Shown here one piece after another: positions 49,074 through 59,500 of a stretch of DNA of 64,000 nt. A program made the position numbers and the translations under genes. Position 1 is the first letter of the stretch. Each line of letters opens with the position of its first letter. The notes under the pieces were generated by a model, which saw only the letters and a list, made by a program, of their open reading frames with translations, made no database searches and was not told the DNA's origin. The stretch comes from Entomortierella parvispora E1425 (Eukaryota > Fungi > Mortierellomycota): positions 868,001 to 932,000 of the forward strand of contig BQFW01000013.1 in assembly GCA_020891255.1 (NCBI GenBank). The letters run 5' to 3'.

Positions 49074-50539
49074 CTATTTTTTGCTGGAAAATTGATTGAC
49101 CAGAGAGGAAGAGAGGAATAAGGTCATCATGTTAGTTACAATCTTGCAATTGCAATTGTCATGTCTTCGGCGTTATGAGCAATTAGTAGGATTGTCTTAC
49201 AGGCTGATTAAGAAGAAAAGAAACACCAGGGAGAAATACAGGTGGCCATGTTAGTTCCAATGTGGCGATTGTCATGTCTTCGTCGTTATGAGCAACTAGC
49301 AGACATGACGTACTCGCTGATTGAGAAGAACAGAAACACCAAGGAGAAATACAGGTGGCCATGTTAGTTCCAATGTTGTGATTGTCATGTCTTCGTCGTT
49401 ATGAGCAACTAGCAAACTTGACGTACATGCTGATTGAGAAGAACAGAAACACCAAGGAGAAATACAGGTGGCCATGTTAGTTCCAATGTTGCGATTGTCA
49501 TGTCTTCGTCGTTATGAACAACTAGCAAACCAGACGTACTCTCTGATTGAGAAGAACAGAAACACCAAGGATAAATACAGGTGGCCATGTTAGTTCCAAT
49601 GTTGCGATTGTCATGTCTTCGTCGTTATGAGCAACTAGCAAACTTGACGTACATGCTGATTGAGAAGAACAGAAACACCAGGGAGAAATACAGGTGGCCA
49701 TGTTAGTTCCAATGTTGCGATTGTCATGTCTTCGTCGTTATGAGCAACTAGCAAACTTGACGTACGCGCTGATTAAGAAGAACAGAAACGCCAGGGATAA
49801 ATACAGGTGGCCATGTTAGTTCCAATGTTGCGATTGTCATGTCTTCGTCGTTATGAGAAACTGACAAACTTGACGCACGTGCTGATTGAGAAGAACAGAA
49901 ACACCAGGGAGAAATACAGGTGGCCATGTTAGTTCCAATGTGGCGATTGTCATGTCTTCGTCGTTATGAGCGACTAATGGGTTTGTCTTACAGGCTGATT
50001 GAGAAGAACAGAAACACCAGGGAGAAATACAGGTGGCCATGTTAGTTCCAATGTTGCGATTGTCATGTCTTCGTCGTTATGAGCAATTAGAAAACTTGAC
50101 CTACTCGCTGATTGAGAAGAACAGAAACACCAAGGAGAAATACAGGTGGCCATGTTAGTTCCAATTGTGCGATTGTCATGTTTTTGTCGTTATGAGCAAC
50201 TAATGGGTTTGTCTTACAGGCTGATTGAGAAGAACAGAAACACCAGGGAGAAATACAGGTGGCCATGTTAGTTCCAGTGTTGCGATTGTCATGTCTTCGT
50301 CGTTATGAGCAACTAGCAAACTTGACGTACATGCTGATTGAGAAGAACAGAAACACCAGGGAGAAATACAGGTGGCCATGTTAGTTCCAATTGTGCGATT
50401 GTTATGTTTTTAATCGACTGCTGGTGTTCATCCAGAGGCACCTGTAGTCTTGCGCTTTCCTATTCTATTCAACTTACGTTGGAGCAGCAATTGTTAGACC
50501 TAGAAAGGCAACAAGGACAAGAAGGAATTCGATTTTCAT
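49074..50539 (-). CDS. Predicted micro-exon gene: signal-peptide exon, eleven 3-nt exons and a short terminal exon, encoding a 34-aa secreted peptide precursor
   Basis: Exon 1 is 50539-50478 (MKIEFLLVLVAFLGLTIAAP + AC, then GTAAGT). The 3-nt exons start at 50333 CAT, 50220 CCT, 50107 CGA, 49994 CCT, 49881 CAC, 49768 CGC, 49655 CAT, 49542 AGA, 49429 CAT, 49316 CGA and 49203 CCT. Each is flanked by AATCAG and GT-R-N-G. The terminal exon is 49083-49074 (C AAA AAA TAG). Product: MKIEFLLVLVAFLGLTIAAPTILDLTAIDIDLKK. No transcript evidence available. Confidence 0.7.
49128..50410. repeat. Tandem array, period exactly 113 bp, about 11.5 copies
   Basis: The marker AAATACAGGTGG begins at 49234, 49347, 49460, 49573, 49686, 49799, 49912, 50025, 50138, 50251 and 50364, with every spacing 113. 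About 85 nt per unit are near-invariant and about 25 nt are variable. Confidence 0.98.
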
Positions 50540-50643
50540 TGAAATGTGGTTGGAGCTTAAGTTTGTTTGAAGTAGTTTGAACAAGGTCAAGATGGAGGGG
50601 AAGATGTGGATCATGCGACGGTCGTGGCAAAAGAAAATGGTGG

Positions 50644-50651
50644 TATTTAAA
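50644..50651 (-). promoter_or_regulatory. Candidate TATA-like element for the micro-exon gene
   Basis: Minus strand reads TTTAAATA about 105 nt upstream of the ATG at 50539, followed by a C/A/T-rich leader. Confidence 0.3.
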
Positions 50652-51479
50652 GGGCTCAGAGAAAAGAAAATGTCAGGGATGAAGATCAAAACTGGCATTG
50701 TTTTTCAGGAGATGATCAAAGGGGCAGGACTCCCCCTGTCCTTACTTTCTGGGAGGGAGCACTCAAAGGGGCATCTCCATGTCTTTACTTTCAGGGAGGG
50801 AGCACACAAGGTTAGATCACAGTCGTTCACTTTTACTCAGTTGCAGATGTCAGATTGCTGCAGCAAGCTGCTTTCCTTTTTTGTCAAAGAATGGTTGACG
50901 TCAACCGCTGGGTGTGGAGAGCATGAAGAACTCGATTTTGGGGCGCTGGAGTGTTCATTTGAAGCACTGGAGAATGGCTGGTGAGAGTGCGTCTTGTGTG
51001 TCTCTGTGAGTCTTCATTACTCCTTGCCGAGTTCTGACCATCATCCACTCAAAGCAAGCGTACCCTGGCGTTTCTCCATAAAAAAAAAAAAGTGGGGACA
51101 GGGAAGAGGGACAATGGGAAGACCTGCATCTCTTTTCATCATCATCATGCACACAGTGCACGTCAAGACACGTCCTCTACATGTACGCTGTTAAGAAAGT
51201 CGAGCTGTATGACTGGAAGGCGGCTTGTGGTTGTGTATCAACGGCACACCAAAAAAAAAAAAAAAAAAAAAAAAAAATAGATGGCGCCACCCGTTGCCGA
51301 TGGTTATGAGAATGGTCCTCCTCCTCCACATCTTTGCTCCCGCTCATGCTCCGCTTCAATGGTTGTCATTGCTGACTCGTACTTCAGCCTCACGCTGGAC
51401 ATCTTTCCCCTGAAAAAAACGGGGGGAAAGTGGCTGCGTGCTGATAATGGAGGACAGGACGGTGATGACAGAGGCATGG

Positions 51480-52087
51480 ATGACCTGCCTTGGGTGCTAG
51501 ACCTCACTGAATATACCCCACTCTCGACAACGAAAGTGAATTGTGAAGAGGCTTTTCATACGCAACCGCCAGCTCACGCGAGCCTGCATATCTATCAGGT
51601 GCAGGAGGGAGTTGATCGAGCTCACAAAGCATGCAGAGAGCTTGACCTGGGAGATTTGGCAGATTGATGGACAAGAGATTGATGGACAGGAGTTGAGCGA
51701 TCCGGGTTCAGATTCCAAGAGGGTGACCATTTCGGCGCCAAACGTCCCTTTTGTGAACTCGACTTTTCCAGTCAGAATCAAATCCAGTTGTTTAATTTGG
51801 ACTCGATGAAGAGATTCTTCGTGGACGACGATCAACCAACAGGATCTCCGTGTTTTCAAGTGTGGGCCTGGAGGTAGCCACTCTTGAGATGGAGGGTTAT
51901 TGGTCAGTGCCGTCTATCAGCGGCTTGGCCCTTGGTCAAACTCCAGTATCCGCTTCATAAAATGCAGATGACGCGCACTCTCGATCTTCGATGGATCGTG
52001 CATCGGATCGGCGTGCCTGAGCTAGAGTGGCTGAGCAAGCTTTGGCCAGATCTCTGTGCCCTATTTGGCCTGGCAGACCTACTCTAG
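51480..52087 (+). pseudogene. Second decayed LRR/F-box-type C-terminal fragment
   Basis: Family-like motifs are scattered over different frames: LPWV at about 51486, RELDLG at about 51635, and LHKMQMTRTLDLRWIVHRIGVPELEWLSKLWPDLCALFGL ending at the stop at 52087. This implies frameshifts. The assignment is from recall of motif shape, not a search. Confidence 0.45.
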
Positions 52088-52625
52088 GTGCTGGTCCGCT
52101 CCGTATCCTTAGTTCTGACCGTGCTGCTGATTGGGTCGTTCCTCCATCCACGCGAAGTTGGACGCAGTCACTATAGCTCTGCCTGTCCCCAATTCCTTTG
52201 TATATTTCTAGCTGCCAGTCGAATATACCTCCTGCGTATTTGCCAACCCCTCATTTGTTCTCTACCACACTGGCTTTCTACTATATATTTTTGAGGAGAA
52301 CAAAAAAAAAGTAAGTCTTTTCCGATCCATGAGGTGAGGTGGATGTGGTATGAGGTGATCGAAAGACATGGCACCTTTCAAAGCATTGAAAGGAATGAAG
52401 CATGAGCCACGTAGCTCGTGGAAACATGAGCAAGTCAAGAGGAGGAAGGCAATGTTCACGGAGGGATGAAAAATGAAAAAAAAAAAAAAAAAAAAAAGGA
52501 GGACGCTCTTGGACGCGCCAATACTTCGCGTCTATTTTTTGGTTTTTTTTTTTATTCTTTTTTTTTTTCTACAAATTCTCAGTTGCTTTTTGCTTTTTTG
52601 GACAGAGTATTTTTGAACGGGTAAA

Positions 52626-54998
52626 CTAGTTCAACAACAAGTGAATGGCGTGGGAGGGGACGCCATTGTTCAACATGTGGATATAGTGAGGACCTGGAGG
52701 CATGATGTTGGCGTTGGGGGGCATGTCGACCTCATAAGTGAACTTTGTGCCCGTGGTCGAGCTTCCTTCCTTCAAGGTCGCCACGAGCTTGGTCATCCTC
52801 TGGGACATGTGAGTGCTATGGGTCACAAACCCTTTGTGACCCAACATAAACACGACCTCAGGTTCGTACCGGCTCACGTCCTTCAGATCCACCACCAACT
52901 CGAGCTTTTGAGCATAGGTCACTGGCACGGGCTTGGCCTCGTTCGTCGTCACCTTGTTCTGGAAGAAACCCTCGGTCAAGACAATCTCGGGCCGGGCCAG
53001 ATCCGTGGTCAGGTAAGGGGGCGTGAAGGACTCGACTCTGTACTCGGTGGGGAAACGCACGTAGGGTCGCTGATGCAACGACAACTTGGTGCGTACCTCA
53101 CTGTTCTCGTTCGAACCCGCGACAAAGACAGAGCCATCGGGCAACAACATGGCCACAGAGTGATACATTCTGGCAATGTTGCTGGGGACCCACTCTGTGA
53201 AGCGGGAGCCCAGAGGTGCTTGAGGATCATAGATCAAGGGCGTAAAGTTGGGATCGTTGCCGTGCAAGAATCCAGCGAAACCGGTCTGGCAACCGTTGAG
53301 GAGCATGACTTTGCCATCGGCCAAGATGATGGCATCGCCCATCAAGCGACGACTGGGCATCTCGTCCATCTCCCATTGAGGGTCTGGGTCGGCCAAGTTG
53401 ATGCGTCCGCAGGTCTGCAGGGCCTTTGAGTTTTGTTCCATACGTTCCGATCCTCCACAGACCAAGATCTCGTGTGCGTAACCCTTGGCAGGGTCGAGGG
53501 GCAAGAGCACATGGGATCCCGTCAAGGGGTAGGAGCGAGGTCCTCCAGGGATATCGGGCAATCGACGGACGACCTCATTGCGGGCCACATTGAAAATCAT
53601 GGACTTTGTGTTGGCAAAGATATAAATGTCTCCACTGGGCAACGAGTAGACGTTGGGGTACAAGTTGTTGGGCAGAGCATCGACCATGAACTGCATGAAG
53701 TTGGGCTTGTAATCCGCGGCTGGCTTGGGCTTTGGGTACAACTCCCACGTTGGGTTATTGTACGCGTTCGCATTGATCGCCAAAGACTCGTTACTGCCTC
53801 CCAGGATAAAGAGCTCTCCAGAGGGCAGTGTCGTGATCGAGACGTACCAGCGGTTGCTCGTCATCATCCACTCGCGGTCGTTCGGGTTCTCGATCCATGC
53901 TCCACAATTCTCACCCTCACAGGGCAACCACATTCTCAAGGACTGGAAACCATCCTCGGGTCTGAAGGCCCTTGAGTTTCGAACCTCGGCACCTCCAGCA
54001 CTGATAAAAGTACCGTTGGGCAAGAAACCTCCACCAGAGCAAAAAGTGTTGGTCCTCACCTCCAAGGTTCGGAAGTCGTTTCGGGTCAGGTCGTACTCGG
54101 CATTGTAGGCCGAGAGACCGTTGGGGAGCTTGGGAGGGTTGGCCTCGGCCTTGTCAATGATCAACATCTTGGTCGGCGAGATCAAGACAATGTGTTGGGC
54201 CGCCACACCGGTCTGGCCCACGACCTTGAACGCTCCCTTGGGCAAGGAAGGGACGGGCTTGGGCTTTCCGCCGTTCGTGGTGATGTCGCTCAGGATGAAG
54301 CGTTCGCATCGACCATTGAAACTAGCTGATGCGTCACAGCCTGCGCTGCAGGCCAGAGGCGAATTGCCGCAGTGGCCATGCTACAGATAGAAAGGAAGGC
54401 GAAAGAAAAAAAAATATATAAATAAAAAAAGGCGTAGGGGTGGGGTGAGGTTGAGTATGAAATCGCGTGCAACGGAGAACAGGGCTGTGTGGGTGGTGTT
54501 GCACTGAGTTGATTTGTATTGTGACCAGACAGGCAATCAAGGCCAAATAGAAACAACACGAGAATGGGGTGTTGTTTTGTTCCGGGTATCTGGAATTCTG
54601 AGGGCGGTTGGTGGGATCAAGTCGCACTGTTACTGTCCGTTAGCCTCGAGGCAGTAGAGGCAGACGAGTTTGGAATATGACACAGTGCACGAGACGAATG
54701 GCGGAGGAATGAGATGCGAGCGTGTAAGGAATGCGCGGGGGGAGGAATGAGCAGGCGACAGTGTTTGAGGTGAGGGAACGTCGACGGTGGAGAGCGGGGG
54801 GACTAGAAGAAGGTAAAGGGGTCAATGGCTTACAGAACTGCAGCAGGGTGTCTCTTGCGGACATGCCAGTCCGTTGTTGTACTTGCAGCCTGCACCGTCG
54901 ACAGGGGCAACGACACAGACCGCAGACAGGACAAGGGCCGTCGTTGCCAGGAACCAGCCTAGCTTTCGGGTCATCTTGGTTGCAGAAATTATTGCCAT
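52626..54998 (-). CDS. Secreted copper radical oxidase (AA5, glyoxal/galactose oxidase fold) with an N-terminal hevein/CBM18-like chitin-binding module
   Basis: Exons 54998-54834 and 54380-52626. After a signal peptide, the junction-spanning sequence reads CPQETPCCSS|HGHCGNSPLACSAGCDASASFNGRC. AA5 active-site motifs are NTFCSGG (Cys), NRWYVS (Tyr), RMYHS (Tyr-His) and THSTHMSQR (His). Confidence 0.9.
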
Positions 54999-56568
54999 AC
55001 GAGGAGGAGAAAGGAGGGGGGACAAGGGGAGGACAGGGTGTATGTAGGATGCGTTAGGAGGTGAGCGAATCGGATATTCTGTCAAACAGATCAGGGGCGT
55101 TAAAAGAGTGGATAGGGTAGCGGTAGGTGGCTCAATGGATGAAAGGGTTGATGGGAAGGTGTGTGTGTGTGTGTGTGCAAGATGGAGTAAAGTCGTAAGC
55201 GTGCGTGCGTGAATGCGTGAGTTGAGTAAAGCAAAGAGAAAATGAAGTTGAAAACGAAGAATGATGGAGAAGGAAAAGGTAAAGGCCGCCCGATCGTTCG
55301 CTCTTATATCCAAATCTGCCCTCCACTTGGGCGCAATGGGTGGGGTATGTGCCTCCTCCCTCATTTCGCTTCGTATCAGTCAGCACCCGGACCAGGTTCC
55401 ATATGGGGAGCCCCAATCTCTCTTGCAGAGCACTTCCTTCTCTCTCTGCCTGTCTGCCCTCATTCATTCACATACGCGCTCGCTCCAACAAGATTGCCAA
55501 CACCAGGTTTCATGCTCTCAGTGCTTGTTTTTTCCTTCATGTCCGAAGTCGGCGAGCAGAGGAGCAAAATTTTGCGCCCAATCTCCGTTTGCACGAAGAG
55601 AGACCCACCTCAGAGTTAAAAATATCTTTCGCATTTCCATAAGTGACCATCCCGCCTGGCTGGTGTCACACACATGTTCCTCAATATTGTCATGTCATTT
55701 GTGAACACACGTCAAGAAAAAAAAGATAACCATTGTTTATTCGTGGTGAAGCTGTGTCGCCGAGAGACGCATCCATGGAGTTGCTGCACGTTGCTGTCTG
55801 TCCGGCAGGGTAACAAAAGGGAAAGAGGTGGCAAAAACGAAAAAAAAAGAAGATAGAAATAGAAAAAAAAAAAATAGGGAAAGACATCTTCAGTTTTGTC
55901 CTGTCTTCTTTTTCCCTTGGCGCAAGTTTGAATCGGTGGTCACTGGTCGATATTCTTATCCCTGTGCCATCCATTCGTTATCCATAGTCGAATCCATGGG
56001 TCCTTGAATGCTGCGGACTTGCAGGGCAATTAACGGATTGAGGTCCACAGGGCCAAGAGGGCGAAGTAAATTCTCGATAAAAAGACTTGAGAGCAATCAC
56101 CGAGCCGCTGGGAGAAAAAAAAAAAAAAGAGCTGTAACCACGACGTATCGGCAGTTCTCCAGATGGTTGCAGGCAGACTGGTAAAAATATAGACTCTTCC
56201 ACTCCTCCTTCCTTGTTTCCTGCAGCTGAGAATGTCCAAGTGCTTGATTTTTTTGTCGTTTTTTTTTGTATGTTTTTTTTTTGGGTCCACGAACCAAGAT
56301 CCAGTGGTCTTTACTCTTGTATCCCTCATTGCTTTGTTGTTCCAAAGTCAACCTTGCGCCCAAAGCGAGAAAAGAAAAAGAAAAAAAATCGTGTAGGCTG
56401 GCGTCTCCACAGACAAAGAGCTGCAGCTGATAGGGTCTTGCCGCATGTCCAGTGGGCTGATCCTGTAAGGGTCATAAAAAAGTATTTTCGGGTTTTGGTG
56501 ACGAGTCCCTGGGTTCAACCTCTTGTCGGGCGTCGAAAAAAATAGAGTGCTCGGTGTCGTCACAGGTC

Positions 56569-59500
56569 TCAACGCCAATCACGGTCCTGAATAACTTGAT
56601 GCTGTGCAGTTCCTGGTCTGCTGCGGTGAAGATACTCTTGCTGTTCCTGTTGCTGAGACTGAGGAGGCGACTGATATTGGAACTTGGGACGGACATGTGG
56701 AGCATACATGGGTTGACGCGACTGATGATGAGGAAAGGCAGGGTCTGCAAAGTAGGCTGGGGGGTCCGCGTTCAATGGGCTGGCTGGAAACGGAATCCCG
56801 GGCGGTCCACGAGAAGGAATGGAACCGAAACCATTGAGCACACTTCCATCACGGGGTTCATATGAAGTGGGAGAAATCAGGCCATTTCCAAGAGCGTGAG
56901 CAGAGAGTCCACCCCAGGTGTTTTCGCTCGGGCTAATGGCCTCCATGGTGCGCGAGGTACGAATGGAGCTGATGGACTGTCGCCAATCATCAGGAACGCC
57001 AAACTGGAAACCGCCAAAGACACTGTCCACACTCGGCGAGGAGTTCATTCTTGCACCACCCATCGAGCCACTGGTGCTCGGTCCATTTTCGTTCAATCCT
57101 GGGGAAGAGTGATTCGAGTTGGTGGGGGACAAGGATGATCTTCGTCCTCCTCCAATGACGCCGGTAGTCTTCAAATGAGCAGGTTTTGGTGTCGGCTTTC
57201 CACCAACAATGTTCTTGCGGCCAGTGAAAAGAACAACCTCCTCCTCTTCGTCCTCATCGTCTTCGTCATCTCGTCCGACAATCAAGGAGAGGTCGTTATC
57301 GTCATCGTCATCAAACACCAAGGCATCGACTGCCTGGCGCTGTTCACTGTCATCCTCGACATCCTGTGGCTGATCCTTTGGTGGGCGAGCAGAAGACGAC
57401 TGTGGGGTGGCCTTGACTGGATGGAACGGGTTCAGAGCCTCGTCTCCTGCCTCTCGTTCATAGTCGGTCTCTTCTTCCTCTTCCTGAGACTCTTCTTCAA
57501 AAGCGCGGACGGTGGTTTCGGCAGAGTCGCCGTGCTTGTCCTGCTCCTCCTCTGAAATGGGTTCCGTATCGAAATGAAGGATTCTGTTTCCATCCATGCC
57601 GTCAACGCTTCCGCCATAAAACTCGACCCATTCGACCCTGCCAAGCGACAAAGCATCCTGGAACATGTCGGCAACACGCATCTGCATCTCTGCCTTGGGA
57701 CTGATTTTGCTAGGAGGGATGATGGATAGGGGTCGTTCATCAATGGAGCGCTTCAGTGCGGCGAAACCTTGAATCTCAGCATCCTCCTTGAGAACATCAC
57801 GACAGAAGATGGTGTCTTCAGTGAAAGGATAAACGTCGGCGAGCAAGTTCAAGAAAGTCGCAAGGTTATCCCAAATCTGGTCGAGTTTGAAGGTCGCCTT
57901 TTCCTGCTGCGACAAGCCGTCAGTGAGTCGCTTCACATGGTGGAGGTTGACCTGCATCCACTTGAGAGAGAGGCGCAGGGTGGGCATGGAGCGATGCACG
58001 TTTGTTGGAAGGTAGTCGGCAGGTCGAGTCCTGTTCTTGCTGTCGCCGTTTCTATGCTGGTCCAAATCCGGAACAGAGTAGTGCAGCATCGTGGCAAACG
58101 TGGTAAGGATGAGCTTTAGTGCATGTCGCTCCGCAGTCAATTGATCCTGGGGAGTCACAGAAGGTCCATCATCTATTGTCACGGGATCATACAATGTCAG
58201 CGCAAGTATAAGATACGTTTACAAGTAGATACAAAAAGGAATGCGCAACTTACCCTGCAAGGGAATATAGCACATGGTATAGAGACTGGACATGTTGACA
58301 ATCTGGATCTTGAGCAACAAATCAGGGTCAATCTGGCGGTCCAAAAAGAGTCCCTCCAGTGGCTCGCACATGAGCTTGCCGTCAAAGCTCTCCACCTGAC
58401 GCAAAAAAAGGGATCCGTGCAACAGGATGAATTTCGCCAAAAAGTCGTTCAACAGACTGGAATCCTTGCTGTTGGCAGAGTTGCGGTCGTTGAAGCGTTC
58501 ATCCTTGACAAACTTTTTGCCCTTCTCAGGATCTGCCGACATCTTTTGGATCAGCACCTTGATGTTGTTGCGTGCAGTCATGAATGGAAGTCGAACAGCC
58601 AAACTTCTGTAGTAAAAGTACAGGGCCAAAAAGTTGTTGGGGGCGAAAGTGGCAATGACCGCCAACTGGTTGTAAGGGTTACCACTGGACGGCAACAAAT
58701 TCCTCGCCTCGTTGTAATAATCACGCGCCGCCGACCAATTCTTCTTGGGCGAGTCGTTGTAGGTCTGTCGATAACGAGCAAGATCTCCCAAAAAGATGTA
58801 GCACTTGTGGCAGCTGTTGATAGCACACTGCCTGGCAGCATCCGAGATCTCAAGAGTGGGGTTTTTGCCAGCCAGGGGGAACGACTGCATGTTGGCACCC
58901 ATCTCATTCAGGTCGTAGCAAGAGGCCAAGTTCTGAATCAGGCGATGGTAAAAGCCTGTCGCCTCCTGAATAAACGCTCGGAACTTTGTCGACACCTTTC
59001 GAAGTTCCACCGAAGGTACTGGCTTTTTGTTGCCTCTGGTGCCATGCTGTCGTCCACCACCCCCTCGACCGTCACGCCTGTCATCCCGTCTGTCACTGCC
59101 CTGATTGTTCTCTGGGCGCTCCAAAGTGGCGAGTTTGCGACGGTATCCGTCAATGACGATGTAAAAGACGTTCTTCCACAGGGCCGACTCGATTTCCTTG
59201 GACTGCGCAAGAACAATATCACTCAAGATTAGACGCTCATATTCCTCCCGCAGCCTAGAACCAGAGAACAACAGAAATACGGGGGAATTAGTCAGTACGA
59301 AGCGGGACATCTATTTCACTACCCAGTCCTCTTTGTGATGGATAGGCATAACTTGGAAGCAAAAAGGTTTTGCCGAGTGCCAAACACACACACACACACA
59401 CAAAAAAAAAGGTGCACCATGCCATACCTGTCTCTAGCGCTGGTAACACCACTGGCACCCTTTTGGTGCAGCAACTCCTTGAGGTTTCTCTCCTGCGCCT

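Noticed and set aside
49204-50370. Alternative splice reading of the unit as a 36-nt intron (GTATTT...AATCAG) plus a 77-nt exon
   Set aside because: 36 nt is far below the shortest intron modelled here (81 nt), it has no internal branch motif and a weak donor, and 77-nt exons shift frame and meet stops.
49128-50410. CRISPR-like reading of the 113-bp array (conserved part as repeat, variable part as spacer)
   Set aside because: The context is eukaryotic with no cas genes. The variable segments are homologous to each other and recur, so they are not unique spacers, and the conserved part (~85 nt) is far longer than CRISPR repeats.
49128-50410. Array as an unspliced protein-coding tandem repeat
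   Set aside because: 113 is not divisible by 3, and the ORF track shows only short frames (67-80 aa) because each strand hits stops within one or two units.
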